Source: an uncultured Eubacteriales bacterium
Lineage (GTDB): Bacteria; Acidobacteriota; Aminicenantia; Aminicenantales; UBA8522
DNA: 64,000 bases
Assembly: GCA_964558915.1 (NCBI GenBank)
Contig: CAZLFV010000003.1
Location: 743 to 64,742, forward strand
Direction of reading: 5' to 3'
Under the pieces are notes generated by a model. It saw only the letters and a program-made list of their open reading frames with translations. It was not told the DNA's origin and did not search any database. Shown in pieces: positions 1 through 10,487 of this stretch (position 1 is the first letter of the stretch; every line of letters starts with the position of its first letter). A program made the translations under genes and the position numbers.

Positions 1-425
1 GGGTTAACGGATTCCTGTCGTATTGCAAGAAGTGCCCCGAGGTCATAACTCGAGTCTACGAAGTCGACGGCAACAAGAGCAATGATGTGCGGAATGAGAT
101 TTTCCAAAAAATTATTGATGAAAATAGCACCTTGAATGGAATTTTTGTGACCAATGCGAGCACCCATCAGACTGCGGAGTTTATCAAGTCCCAGTCGCTT
201 GGAGGAAAAATTCATATCATCGGCTACGACCTGATCGAAGAAAATGTTCGCTATCTGCGAGAAGGCGTGATTGATTTTTTGATCAGCCAGCAGTCTGAAA
301 AACAAGGCTATGAAGGTATTTATTGTTTGTACCGTCACGTCGTGCTTAAAGAGGCCGTTGAAAAGAAAATCATGATGCAGCTGGATATCGTCACCAGCGA
401 AAATATTGCCTACTACAAAAGTTGA
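1..425 (+). CDS. LacI/GalR-type regulator, C-terminal sugar-binding domain (5' end outside window)
   Basis: Frame 3 is open from the window edge, with no stop before the GTG at 87. The sequence ...IIGYDLIEENVRYLREGVIDFLISQQ... looks like the periplasmic-binding-fold effector domain of LacI-family regulators. It lies directly upstream of a sugar utilisation locus. Confidence 0.6.
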   Translation, partial: VNGFLSYCKKCPEVITRVYEVDGNKSNDVRNEIFQKIIDENSTLNGIFVTNASTHQTAEFIKSQSLGGKIHIIGYDLIEENVRYLREGVIDFLISQQSEKQGYEGIYCLYRHVVLKEAVEKKIMMQLDIVTSENIAYYKS

Positions 426-523
426 TAAAAAGCAAAGTGCATTTTTTGCTAAGGCGCTTAATCACCTGGTTGGCCAAGCATGGAGGATCTGGGGATGCGA
501 GACCCAAAAAAATCTTCTGGTGG

Positions 524-3235
524 ATGGCCTTTCTATCCCTGTCTCTTTCCTTAGTATTGACTTTCGCCGGGGCTGAAAAATGGGAACTCTTCAACGAAAA
601 CCTGCTTAAGAATTTTGTCTTTCGCAACCTTGGCCCGTACCGGGCGGGCTCATGGGTGACAGATTTTGCAGTCCCAGAGATTCCTCCCAAAAACCACCTC
701 TATACTTTTTATGTCGGCACGAGAAACGGTGGTGTCTGGAAAACGACGAATAATGGCACAACTTTTGAGCCAATCTTCGACGACCAAGAGATGCTTTCTA
801 TTGGCTCTGTGGCTGTCGCGCCTTCGAACTCGGACATCGTTTGGGTGGGAACCGGCGAATCCTATAATGCCCGGAGCTCTCACCGAGGGGACGGAGTTTA
901 CAGGTCCAACGATGGCGGGAGGACATGGCAGAACAAGGGGCTTCGCGATTCGCACCATATCTCCCGGATTGTGATCCATCCTCAAAACCAGGATATCGTT
1001 TATGTCGCGGCAATGGGCCACCTTTTTAGTTCCAACGAGGAGCGGGGCGTTTTCAAGACAGAAGACGGCGGCAAGACTTGGCGGAAGGTCTTCTATATCA
1101 ATGAACGAGTTGGCGTTATCGACGTGGCTTTGAACAAGAAGAATCCCGATATCATCTATGCGGCAGCTTATGAAAAATACCGATATCCTTGGCATTTTGA
1201 AGAAGGAGGGCCTGAGAGCGCCATTTACAAGTCGGCTGATGCGGGAAAAACGTGGAGGAGGCTGGCCGGCGGACTTCCTTCAGGCAAGATCGGCCGGATC
1301 GGCATCGATATTTATCGCAAGAATCCTGATGTGCTCTATGCCGTCTTCGAGAACGCCAATAAACGGCCGCCGACTCAGGAGGAAGCTGACCAGGACAGAA
1401 AACGCGGCCTTGAGCCTCAAGAAAGAACTATTGCGGGCGAAGTTTACCGCTCGGACGACGCTGGAACAACATGGAAAAAAATGAATTCGGCCAAGGACGA
1501 TGTCAGCGGGAAGGCCGCCTATTCCTTCAACCAGATCAGAGTCGATCCCAATGATGATAGCAAAGTCTATGTTCTCGGAGCTTCTCTAGCCTATTCTTAT
1601 GATGGCGGGAAGACGTGGAAGAACCTGGGTTGGCAGCCCAGCCTTTTTGCCACGGCGTTCGGAGACGTCCGCACGCTTTGGATCGACCCGGAGAACTCCG
1701 ACCGAATGCTCTTTGGAAGCGACGGGGGAGTTCATATCACTTATGACGGCGGAAAAACCTGCGACCATCTTTACAATATTCCCCTCGGTGAGTTCTATGC
1801 CATCGGTGTGGACATGGAGGACCCCTACAATATCTATGGCGGACTTCAGGACCATGATTCGTGGAAAGGACCGAGCAACGGCTGGTCGGGCGAGGTCGGC
1901 CCGGAAAACTGGGTGACGGTCGGCACATCAGACGGGATGTACAATGTCGTCGATCCTGAGGACAGCCGCTGGGTCTATAACACCCATGAGTTTGGCGGCC
2001 ATAGCCGCGTGGACCAGAGGCTCGGCACCATTACGGATATCAAACCTGTCCCGGACAAGGGAAACCCGGCTTACCGATTCAATTGGACCCCGCCGCTTCA
2101 CCTCTCGCCGCACAACAGCAAGATCATTTACACGGGCGCCCAGGTTTTGCTCCGCTCGCTTAACCGTGGGGACAAATGGCAGGAGATCAGTCCGGACCTG
2201 ACGACAAACGATCCGGTGAAGACAGCGGGGCGCGGCAATATCACTTACTGCACCATCGCCACAATTTCCGAATCGCCGGTCACACCCGGAATCATCTGGG
2301 TCGGGACTGACGATGGCAAAGTCTGGCTGACGCGAGACGGCGGGGCAAACTGGACCGATTGCACCACGGCCGTCGCCAAGGTTGGAGCCCCCGAGGACTT
2401 TTGGGTCAGCCGGGTCTTCGCTTCCGCCGCTCAGGAAGGCACGGCTTATGTGACAAAGACCGGCTTCCGGAACGACAATTTCCGCCCGTTTGTCTATAAG
2501 ACCACGGATTTCGGCGTCACGTGGACTCCAATCACGGCAGGGCTTCCCGATTTTCCTGTCAACGTAATTTTCGAAGACAGGAAGCATCCTCACCTGCTTT
2601 TCCTGGGCTCGGACGGTGGCGTTTTTGTCTCCATCGACGGTGGAGCAAAATGGGTCAGGATGAAGAACAATATGGCCAATGCTCCGGTGAAAGACCTTCT
2701 CGTCCATCCCCGGGAGAATGACTTGGTGGTGGCGACCTATGGGCGAGGGCTTTTTGTGACCGATATCACCCCGCTTCAGGAAATCAGCGAGAACATCCTT
2801 GCGGAGGATCTACACTTTTTTGAAATTAAGCCGCGGATCGAGCGACTCACAGGCGGCTGGGGCAGCTACCGTCTTTACGGAGACAGGCATCTCTTCACCC
2901 CGAACGAGCCTGAGGCCGTGGGAATCAATTATTATCTGAAGGAGAAACCGAAGGAAAAGGTCAAAATCACTGTGACCGACTCCGATGGCCAGGTTCTGGC
3001 CGAGCTTCCGGGAAAAGTCGAACCCGGAATTAATACGGTCCTTTGGAATATGCGGCAGATTCCGAAAAAAGAAGATATTCAGCCAGGGGAAGAGCGCTGG
3101 CGGGGCGGCAAGTTAGTTGCTCCTGGAGAATATCTTGTCACTCTCGAAGTGGGTCAGAGAAAGATCACCCGCAAGGCGGTCATCAAAGGCAGAATGGGCT
3201 GGATGATCGGTCCTGTCCCAGTTCTCATAAAATAA
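524..3235 (+). CDS. Secreted BNR/Asp-box repeat protein, sortilin/VPS10-type tandem beta-propeller (glycosidase-like)
   Basis: Multiple Asp-box motifs are present: SNDGGRTWQN, TEDGGKTWRK, SADAGKTWRR, SDDAGTTWKK, SYDGGKTWKN, SIDGGAKW. The ORF opens at 422, but the ATG at 524 gives a signal-like N-terminus MAFLSLSLSLVLTFAGA. Confidence 0.8.
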   Translation: MAFLSLSLSLVLTFAGAEKWELFNENLLKNFVFRNLGPYRAGSWVTDFAVPEIPPKNHLYTFYVGTRNGGVWKTTNNGTTFEPIFDDQEMLSIGSVAVAPSNSDIVWVGTGESYNARSSHRGDGVYRSNDGGRTWQNKGLRDSHHISRIVIHPQNQDIVYVAAMGHLFSSNEERGVFKTEDGGKTWRKVFYINERVGVIDVALNKKNPDIIYAAAYEKYRYPWHFEEGGPESAIYKSADAGKTWRRLAGGLPSGKIGRIGIDIYRKNPDVLYAVFENANKRPPTQEEADQDRKRGLEPQERTIAGEVYRSDDAGTTWKKMNSAKDDVSGKAAYSFNQIRVDPNDDSKVYVLGASLAYSYDGGKTWKNLGWQPSLFATAFGDVRTLWIDPENSDRMLFGSDGGVHITYDGGKTCDHLYNIPLGEFYAIGVDMEDPYNIYGGLQDHDSWKGPSNGWSGEVGPENWVTVGTSDGMYNVVDPEDSRWVYNTHEFGGHSRVDQRLGTITDIKPVPDKGNPAYRFNWTPPLHLSPHNSKIIYTGAQVLLRSLNRGDKWQEISPDLTTNDPVKTAGRGNITYCTIATISESPVTPGIIWVGTDDGKVWLTRDGGANWTDCTTAVAKVGAPEDFWVSRVFASAAQEGTAYVTKTGFRNDNFRPFVYKTTDFGVTWTPITAGLPDFPVNVIFEDRKHPHLLFLGSDGGVFVSIDGGAKWVRMKNNMANAPVKDLLVHPRENDLVVATYGRGLFVTDITPLQEISENILAEDLHFFEIKPRIERLTGGWGSYRLYGDRHLFTPNEPEAVGINYYLKEKPKEKVKITVTDSDGQVLAELPGKVEPGINTVLWNMRQIPKKEDIQPGEERWRGGKLVAPGEYLVTLEVGQRKITRKAVIKGRMGWMIGPVPVLIK

Positions 3236-3244
3236 GGAGGGAAA

Positions 3245-5620
3245 TTGAAAGCGCTCCCATTGATGCTATTATCGATCGGGTTATGCATCTTTATGGTTTC
3301 AACTGGATGTCAAAGCGACAATCCGGAAACGGGAATAGAGAAGGTCAAGCCCAAGATCGTCCTCGTGGCCCAGCCGTTTCCTCTCCAGAATGTCCGCCTC
3401 CTCGACGGGCCTTTCAAGGAGGCACAAGAGCGCGACCGGAAATATCTTCATGAGCTGGAGTCGGACCGGCTGCTCCATAATTTCAGGGTGAACGCCGGCG
3501 TCCCTTCCATGGCTCTGCCGCTGGGTGGATGGGAGGAACCGACGTGCGAGCTCCGCGGCCATTTTGTCGGCCACTATCTTTCGGCCTGTGGCCTCATGTA
3601 TGCAGCGACGGGAGATGAGGGGCTCCGAACCAAAGCTAACCACATTGTCGCCGAGCTCGCCAAATGCCAGAAAGCTCTTGGGAAAAGCGGCTATCTCAGC
3701 GCTTATCCCGAGGAATTCATCGACCGGGTTATCGCTGGAAAAAGAGTCTGGGCGCCGTGGTATACGCTCCACAAGATCATGGCCGGCTTGCTCGACATGT
3801 ATGCGTATTGTGGAAATAAGCAGGCGCTGGATATTCTCGAAAAGATGGCCGCCTGGATCAAGCTCAGGACCGATCAGCTCGATGATGAAGCCATGCAGCG
3901 GATGCTCCGGACGGAGTTTGGCGGCATGAATGAAGTGCTCGCGGACCTCTATGCCTACACAGGAAATCCCGACCACCTGGCTTTGGCGCGACGCTTTGAT
4001 CATAAAGTCATTTTCGAGCCCTTAGCGAATCACCGTGACGAGCTCAAGGGTCTTCATGTCAACACGCAAATCCCCAAGATAATCGGCGCCGGACGCGAGT
4101 ATGAGCTCACCGCGGATAAGTATTATTTTGAGATTGCTTCATATTTCTGCGACGAGGTGGTCAATCACCGGTCCTACTGTACGGGCGGTACGAGCAATTA
4201 CGAAAGCTGGCAGAGCGACCCGGATCAAATGGCTGGCGAGTTGAGCAACGCCACCCACGAAACGTGCTGCACCTATAACTTGCTCAAACTGACCCGAAAG
4301 CTTTTCACCTGGAGCCCCGACGTCCAACTGGCCGAATACTATGAGCGGGCCCTATTCAACGGCATCCTGCCGACTCAGGATCCTAAGACCGGAATGACAA
4401 TGTATTATGTCCCGATGGCATCCGGCTGGTATAAAACGTTTTGCACGCCGCGGGATTCGTTCTGGTGCTGCACCGGCACGGGCATCGAAAATCCCGCGAA
4501 ATACGGGGACAGCATATATTTTCACGATGATACCGGAATATTTATCAACCTTTTTATCGCTTCTGAGGTCGAATGGCCGGAAAAAGGTGTGAAGCTACGG
4601 CAGGAGACACGATTTCCAGAAGAAGGATCGACCACACTCATCCTCAACTGTCCGAAAGACACACACCTTGTACTTCGGATCCGCGTTCCGACCTGGGCAA
4701 AAAAAGGAGTGGTCGTCAAGGTCAACGGCGAGGAGCGGAAGATCGCAGGCAAAGCGGGAAGTTATGAAGTTCTTGACCGGATGTGGAACACGGGCGATCA
4801 GGTTTCAATCGAGATGCCGCTGTCATTGCACCTGTGCCGGATGCCGGACGACCCGAAGCTGGCCGCTGTACTGTACGGGCCGCTTGTCCTGGCGGGCGAG
4901 CTTCCGACCGAGACCTTCACAGCTCAAGCCGTGTATGGGCCTTACCATGCGGAAGGCAAGCCCGCAGCGGCTCCTGATTTTGTGGCCGGGACCGAAGACC
5001 TTGACGCATGGATTCAACCGGTCGCTGGACAGACTTTGACTTTTAAGACAGTCAAAGCGGGAAGACCGGACGACGTTACTCTCGTTCCTTTTTATAGGCT
5101 TTTTGGAAAGCGCTACGCCCTGTATTGGCGTTTCTATACTGAGGCGGAATGGAAAGACTTGGAGGCGAAACGCGAAGTTCGTAAAGTCGAGGAGGTTGCG
5201 AAGCAAAAAGCTCTGGCTGCGCGCCTGGTGGATCGAGTCGAGATCGGCAACGAGACCTCCGAGAGCCAGCATAACCTGGAATCCTATCGGAGTGAATCCG
5301 GCTATCTTGGCCAAAAAAGCTGGCGTCATGCTACTCGGGGTGGTTGGTGGAGTTACGACCTGAAAGTGGACCCGGATAACGCCATGACCCTGATTTGCAC
5401 CTACTGGGGAAGTGATGTCAGCCGGACCTTTGATATCCTTGTTGACGGCACGAAAATAGCTACCCAGGTCATTAACGTCAACAGGCCGGGCGACTTCTTT
5501 GATGTGGCTTATAAGATTCCGCTGGAACTCACCCAGGGCAAGGCCAAAATCACCGCCAAATTTCAGTCCTATCCCGATGGCATCGCCGGCGGCCTTTTCG
5601 GTTTGGTGATATTAAAATAA
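3245..5620 (+). CDS. Glycoside hydrolase family 127 (beta-L-arabinofuranosidase-like) lipoprotein
   Basis: TTG start. The lipobox-like N-terminus is ...CIFMVSTGC. It is DUF1680/GH127-like and carries the Glu-x-Cys and Cys-Cys strings (HETCC, FWCCTG) expected for the HypBA1-type Zn/nucleophile site. Confidence 0.85.
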   Translation: MKALPLMLLSIGLCIFMVSTGCQSDNPETGIEKVKPKIVLVAQPFPLQNVRLLDGPFKEAQERDRKYLHELESDRLLHNFRVNAGVPSMALPLGGWEEPTCELRGHFVGHYLSACGLMYAATGDEGLRTKANHIVAELAKCQKALGKSGYLSAYPEEFIDRVIAGKRVWAPWYTLHKIMAGLLDMYAYCGNKQALDILEKMAAWIKLRTDQLDDEAMQRMLRTEFGGMNEVLADLYAYTGNPDHLALARRFDHKVIFEPLANHRDELKGLHVNTQIPKIIGAGREYELTADKYYFEIASYFCDEVVNHRSYCTGGTSNYESWQSDPDQMAGELSNATHETCCTYNLLKLTRKLFTWSPDVQLAEYYERALFNGILPTQDPKTGMTMYYVPMASGWYKTFCTPRDSFWCCTGTGIENPAKYGDSIYFHDDTGIFINLFIASEVEWPEKGVKLRQETRFPEEGSTTLILNCPKDTHLVLRIRVPTWAKKGVVVKVNGEERKIAGKAGSYEVLDRMWNTGDQVSIEMPLSLHLCRMPDDPKLAAVLYGPLVLAGELPTETFTAQAVYGPYHAEGKPAAAPDFVAGTEDLDAWIQPVAGQTLTFKTVKAGRPDDVTLVPFYRLFGKRYALYWRFYTEAEWKDLEAKREVRKVEEVAKQKALAARLVDRVEIGNETSESQHNLESYRSESGYLGQKSWRHATRGGWWSYDLKVDPDNAMTLICTYWGSDVSRTFDILVDGTKIATQVINVNRPGDFFDVAYKIPLELTQGKAKITAKFQSYPDGIAGGLFGLVILK

Positions 5621-5668
5621 GGGTGATAAAATAAAAAACCATGCTCCCAAAAAGGAGGCGCAGATCCT

Positions 5669-8083
5669 ATGAAAAAGAATACACGCCTTCAGGTTGTTTT
5701 GATCATTCTGGTCTTGGCCTGCCTTTGCCCTTCATGCAAAGAAACATCCCAGGCTGATTATCCTTTTGCCCCTGTCCCCTTCCATGCAGTCAAGCCCGCC
5801 GATTCTTTCTGGGCGCCTCGAATCGAGACAAACCGCACAGTCACTATTCCTTACGCCTTTAAGCTCTGCCAGGAGACAGGACGTCTCACGAATTTTGAGA
5901 TCGCCGGCGGTCTGAAACAGGGCGCCTTTTGTTCCAAGTATCCATTTGACGATTCCGACGTTTACAAGATCATCGAAGGAGCCGCCTATTCACTGAGAGT
6001 TCACCCCGACCCCGAGCTCGAGAAATACGTCGATGATGTTATTGCCACGATTGCCCTCGCCCAGGAGCCCGACGGCTATCTTTATACGGCGCGCACGATC
6101 GACCCGCAGCATCCTCCTCTGGACTGGGTAGGAAACGAGCGCTGGTCGAATGAATATATGAGCCATGAATTGTATAACGCTGGCCATCTGTTTGAGGCGG
6201 CCGTGGCTTATTACCAATCTACAGGAAAGAAGAACCTTCTCCATGTCGCCCTCAAGAACGCCGACCTCATCGACGGCGTCTTTGGCCCGGGCAAAAAGCG
6301 TGTCGCACCCGGACATCAAGAGGTCGAGATCGGTCTGGTCAGACTCTACCGTCTCACTGGAAGAAGGAAGTATCTTGCTTTGGCCAAATTCTTCCTGGAT
6401 GAACGAGGCAACGCCAAAGACCGCAAGCCCTACGGCGAATATTCTCAGGATCATAAGCCGGTTACTGAGCAGAATGAGGCAGTCGGCCATGCCGTACGGG
6501 CAACTTATATGTATTCTGGAATGGCAGACGTGGCTGCCCTCACAGGAAACCCGGCGTACGTCCAGGCGATCGATAAAATCTGGGAGAACGTTGTCTGGAA
6601 GAAGATGTATGTCACGGGCGGCATTGGAGCTGCCGGAGAAATCGAGGGTTTTGGGGCTGATTATGATCTGCCGAATGCGGAAGCCTATTGCGAGACCTGC
6701 GCTTCAATCGGCAATATCCTCTGGAATCAGCGGATGTTCCTCCTCCATGGAGATGCGAAATACATCGATGTCCTGGAAAGGGTGCTTTACAACGGGTTCC
6801 TTTCTGGGATCTCTCTCGGCGGCGACCGATTCTTCTATCCGAATCCGTTGGAATCATTTGGCCAGCATCACCGCAGCGCCTGGTTTGCCTGTGCTTGTTG
6901 TCCGAGTAATATCACGCGGTTTATTCCGTCCATCCCCGGCTATGTCTTTGCCAAGCGGGAAGATACTCTCTATGTGAATCTGTTCATGGCGAGCGAGGCA
7001 AGCATTGACCTGGGGATGCAGAAGGTGAGAGTTCAGCAGGAAACGCAATATCCCTGGGATGGGACTGTCAAGATAACGATTAGTCCGGAAAAGCCCGCTG
7101 AATTTTCCGTCAATGTCCGGGTTCCGGGTTGGGCGACCGGGCAGCCTGTGCCGGGCGATCTTTATCAGTTCACTGACAAGACCGGAGAACCTTCGGTCAT
7201 TCGAGTCAACGGCGACGAGATCCCGCTCTACCTCAACCGAGGTTACGTCAGTATTCGACGCGCTTGGAGGCCCGGCGATGTTATTGAGGCGAGTTTCCCG
7301 ATGCCGATTCGGAGAGTCTTGGCTCATCCCGCGGTCAAAGACGATATCGAAAAGGTTTCTCTAGAACGAGGCCCAATCGTCTATTGTGCGGAGTGGCCAG
7401 ATAACGGCGGGCGTGTGAGCAATTTGGTTTTGGAAGACAACAACCCGCTGAGTGCTGAGCGCCGTGATAATCTCCTGAGCGGAGTGACTGTTATCAAGGG
7501 AGAAGCTACGGCCTTATATGAAGGAAAGAGGGGCGGACCGGTCATCGCCAAGAAACAACAATTTATCGCTATTCCCTATTATGCCTGGGCCCATCGTGGA
7601 GAAGGGGAAATGACGGTTTGGCTCGCCCGCTCGCCATCCACAGTTAGGCCGCTGCCCAATCCGTCCTTTGCCTCAATGAGCAAGCCGACCGCCTCCGGTG
7701 GGAAAAACGCGGAGGCCCTTAATGATCAATGGGAGCCGACGAGCTCGAACGATCATGCCCATCCATACCTCCATTGGTGGCCCAACAAGGCAACACAGGA
7801 ATGGGTTCAGTATGATTTAAATAAGCCCGCGACAGTCCAAGCTGTCGAAGTCTACTGGTTTGATGATAGCGGCCGGGGTGAGTGCCGGGTTCCCGCGTCT
7901 TGGCAGCTATTTTTTCAGGCTGGGGACACCTGGAAACCTGTTCAGAATCTCGTCCCTTACGGTGTTGAGAAGGACAAATACAATAAGGTTAAATTTAGGC
8001 CCGTCGAGACAAAGGCCCTCCGTCTGGAAATTCAGCTCCAGAAAGATTTTTCTGGGGGAATCCTGGAGTGGCGTGTGGAATGA
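5669..8083 (+). CDS. Glycoside hydrolase family 127 lipoprotein with C-terminal F5/8 type C (discoidin)-like domain
   Basis: The N-terminus is MKKNTRLQVVLIILVLACLCPSC. GH127 strings YCETCAS and ACACCPSN are present. The C-terminal ~150 aa (...EWVQYDLNKPATVQAVEVYWFDD...LRLEIQL...) look discoidin-like. Confidence 0.85.
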   Translation: MKKNTRLQVVLIILVLACLCPSCKETSQADYPFAPVPFHAVKPADSFWAPRIETNRTVTIPYAFKLCQETGRLTNFEIAGGLKQGAFCSKYPFDDSDVYKIIEGAAYSLRVHPDPELEKYVDDVIATIALAQEPDGYLYTARTIDPQHPPLDWVGNERWSNEYMSHELYNAGHLFEAAVAYYQSTGKKNLLHVALKNADLIDGVFGPGKKRVAPGHQEVEIGLVRLYRLTGRRKYLALAKFFLDERGNAKDRKPYGEYSQDHKPVTEQNEAVGHAVRATYMYSGMADVAALTGNPAYVQAIDKIWENVVWKKMYVTGGIGAAGEIEGFGADYDLPNAEAYCETCASIGNILWNQRMFLLHGDAKYIDVLERVLYNGFLSGISLGGDRFFYPNPLESFGQHHRSAWFACACCPSNITRFIPSIPGYVFAKREDTLYVNLFMASEASIDLGMQKVRVQQETQYPWDGTVKITISPEKPAEFSVNVRVPGWATGQPVPGDLYQFTDKTGEPSVIRVNGDEIPLYLNRGYVSIRRAWRPGDVIEASFPMPIRRVLAHPAVKDDIEKVSLERGPIVYCAEWPDNGGRVSNLVLEDNNPLSAERRDNLLSGVTVIKGEATALYEGKRGGPVIAKKQQFIAIPYYAWAHRGEGEMTVWLARSPSTVRPLPNPSFASMSKPTASGGKNAEALNDQWEPTSSNDHAHPYLHWWPNKATQEWVQYDLNKPATVQAVEVYWFDDSGRGECRVPASWQLFFQAGDTWKPVQNLVPYGVEKDKYNKVKFRPVETKALRLEIQLQKDFSGGILEWRVE

Positions 8084-8125
8084 AATCTAACTTGTCTGAA
8101 AATTTGGGAGAAGGAGAAAAACAGC

Positions 8126-8236
8126 ATGCTTAACTGGACTGGTTGGCAGAATCCTTATGCTATTGCCTACATGCTAGTCATGCTGGGCGCCGTCATTTTC
8201 GTTTGGCTGATTCCTGACGAATACCTGTATGAATGA
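8126..8236 (+). CDS. Candidate 36-aa single-pass membrane peptide
   Basis: The ATG is preceded by GGAGAAGGAG. The product is MLNWTGWQNPYAIAYMLVMLGAVIFVWLIPDEYLYE, with one hydrophobic helix. Its TGA overlaps the next ATG (ATGA at 8233-8236). It is below the ORF-track size cut-off. Confidence 0.35.
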   Translation: MLNWTGWQNPYAIAYMLVMLGAVIFVWLIPDEYLYE

Positions 8237-8805
8237 CGGCCAAACGGTCTATGGAGATGCTGAGCATGAAAAGGGTCAATCTGTTTCTCGTCATTGCGAG
8301 TGTTTTGCTCTTTGGTCAGGCCGGTGTCGCTCAGGAGAAGTTCAACGATGTGCGCCAGCAAATGGCTGACTCTCTGACCGCTGTAAAGACGTCCCTTCGG
8401 GCCGATGAACGGGCAGCAGCTATGGAGCATTTCGGAAACGCAAAAAAGATCTGGGAGACCGAGGCCAGGCCGATGATCACCGAAGGCATGAAGACCAATA
8501 ACCAGTTTCAGGAGTATTTTGACCGGATAGCTGAAGTGGACGGGCATTTTATTTCGCTGGCTCAAGAGCTCGAATCGGGTGGATTCGAGCAAATTGAATC
8601 CAGGGTCAACGCCGTCATCTGGGCCATCAGCCATCATCCCCGCGGGTTTAAAGTCCCGAACCCGCGCTACACCGCCTGGGACTGGGTCTTCGGGCTTGGC
8701 ATAGGGATCGGGTTCTGTGTCTTTGCGGTGGTTTTTGGGCTGCATCTGCGAAGGTCGTACTATCGCAGATACAAAAAACAGGGTGCAGAAGCTCCCCAAG
8801 GATAA
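8233..8805 (+). CDS. Hypothetical exported helical protein with C-terminal membrane anchor
   Basis: An internal Met at 8266 gives a clean signal peptide, MKRVNLFLVIASVLLFGQAGVAQE. There is a C-terminal TM (WVFGLGIGIGFCVFAVVFGL) plus a basic tail. The gene ends 5 nt before the SSS transporter gene. I recognise no family. Confidence 0.6.
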   Translation: MTAKRSMEMLSMKRVNLFLVIASVLLFGQAGVAQEKFNDVRQQMADSLTAVKTSLRADERAAAMEHFGNAKKIWETEARPMITEGMKTNNQFQEYFDRIAEVDGHFISLAQELESGGFEQIESRVNAVIWAISHHPRGFKVPNPRYTAWDWVFGLGIGIGFCVFAVVFGLHLRRSYYRRYKKQGAEAPQG

Positions 8806-8810
8806 AAAAC

Positions 8811-10457
8811 ATGCCTTCGGATTTCATCATTATCGGGTTGTACTTGGTTTTGATGTTTGTGGCCGGGCTGTTTTTCAGCCGGAACGTCAAAAACACGGCC
8901 GATTATTTTCTAGCGGCCCGCTCCGCCCCTTGGTTCTGGATTATGGGGGCTATCTGGGCCACGAATATCGGATTTCTTCATGGCTACCTGGCCCACGGCG
9001 GGGCCGCTTATGAGTGGGGCCTGATTCAGGCGAACTTTGAGTGGTTCCAGGGACCTTTTGGCTACGTCCTCAGCGGACTGTTTTTCATCGCCTTTTACTG
9101 GCGCGCCGGGGTTTATACAGTTCCGCATTTTCTGGAGAGAAGATACGGCTCAGCGATCAGCCTGATTTATAACGTAGCCTGGATCGTTATTTTTATCGTC
9201 ACCATTGCCGCCGAGTTTTATTTGGGCGGCATTTTTCTCAAAAACCTTCTTCACATCCCGTTCTGGCCGACTGTTCTTGTGCTAGCCGCTGTCGTGGGGA
9301 CATACACGCTCCTCGGAGGCCTCGGAGCGGCCATCATGATGGAATTCGTCCAGTTCATCATCATGATGCTCGGGACAATGCCTCTTCTCTTTATCCTTCT
9401 TCATATGGTGGGCGGGTTTGCCGGCATCAAAAACGTCTTGATTGGCCAGTGGGGGGTCAGTCCTCAGTATTTCACGGTTCTGCCGGATATCCACCATCCC
9501 TACGGCCCCGGGCCATGGATTATTCTGGGACAATGTTTGGTCGTAACCCTCGGCTGGTGTGCCGGCCATCAATCCATGGTCCAGAGGAATTTAGGGGCGC
9601 GCTCTCTTTATGATGCAAAATTCGGTTATGTCGCCGCCGCGATTCCAAAAACACTGGGTGCTTTTTTGTATATTGTGCCGATGATTGCCGCGCCCATTAT
9701 CTTTGCCGGCAACGGGATTTTCGTCGAGAGGGCTGATGCGTCCTACGGCAAGCTTATCCTAAACCTACTGCCTTCGGGAATGCTGGGGCTGTTTATCGCC
9801 GGATTGCTCTCGGCAGGGCTCTCCAGCATTAGCAGCGTCCTGAATTCTACGTCAACAATGGTAGTCAAGGACATCTATGAGCGATACCTGGTTAAAGGCC
9901 GCGGCGACAATCATTATTTTATCGCCGGCCGCGTCGCCACCTTTGCCGTGATCGCCCTCTCTCTCCTTCTCGTTCCCATCGTGCTCAAAGTCTACTTGAT
10001 CATGTGGCTCGAACAGACTCTTCTGGCCATGGTCCTCGGCCCTTTTATGGGCGTCCTGATGCTGGCAATTTTTTGGCGCAGGGCCAATACAGCCGGCAGC
10101 CTGGCCGGGTTCATCACCGGCGGAGTCTTTGCCATCCTCCTTCAGCAGGTCTTTGGGGTGAATGTCTTTTTTGAGATCAGCTGGTGGTCTTTTGTGGTGA
10201 CTTCTGTTGTTACCGTGGCGGTGACATTTTGGACTGGGACGAAGCCCCGGCCAGAACAGCTCGACGGCCTGACCTGGGAGAGCGATTTCAGGGCCAAGCT
10301 CGGCCGGATCCTGGAAGAGAGGGCGATTCAGAATGGAGCGAAAATTGGAGAGGTGCCTAAGCCCGTTGTTCGGAGGCCCCCTTGGTATCTGAACATCAAA
10401 TACTGGGCCACAGCCATCCTTCTCAGCCAGGTCGTTCTCTTGTTATTTTTTGGCTAA
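8811..10457 (+). CDS. Sodium:solute symporter (SSS) family transporter
   Basis: 548 aa, polytopic (about 13 hydrophobic segments), with SSS-like sequence throughout. It is embedded in the arabinose locus. Confidence 0.9.
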   Translation: MPSDFIIIGLYLVLMFVAGLFFSRNVKNTADYFLAARSAPWFWIMGAIWATNIGFLHGYLAHGGAAYEWGLIQANFEWFQGPFGYVLSGLFFIAFYWRAGVYTVPHFLERRYGSAISLIYNVAWIVIFIVTIAAEFYLGGIFLKNLLHIPFWPTVLVLAAVVGTYTLLGGLGAAIMMEFVQFIIMMLGTMPLLFILLHMVGGFAGIKNVLIGQWGVSPQYFTVLPDIHHPYGPGPWIILGQCLVVTLGWCAGHQSMVQRNLGARSLYDAKFGYVAAAIPKTLGAFLYIVPMIAAPIIFAGNGIFVERADASYGKLILNLLPSGMLGLFIAGLLSAGLSSISSVLNSTSTMVVKDIYERYLVKGRGDNHYFIAGRVATFAVIALSLLLVPIVLKVYLIMWLEQTLLAMVLGPFMGVLMLAIFWRRANTAGSLAGFITGGVFAILLQQVFGVNVFFEISWWSFVVTSVVTVAVTFWTGTKPRPEQLDGLTWESDFRAKLGRILEERAIQNGAKIGEVPKPVVRRPPWYLNIKYWATAILLSQVVLLLFFG

Positions 10458-10487
10458 GGGGATTTCTCGAAGATAAGGAGCAGAAAG

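Noticed and set aside
422-523. Upstream extensions offered by the ORF track: 422 for the BNR protein, 13765 for the isomerase, 31390 for rubredoxin, 43773 for korB, 50833 for the radical SAM gene and 57047 for thyX.
   Set aside because: In each case a downstream ATG has a better RBS, restores a family-typical N-terminus or signal peptide, and removes a long overlap with the preceding gene.
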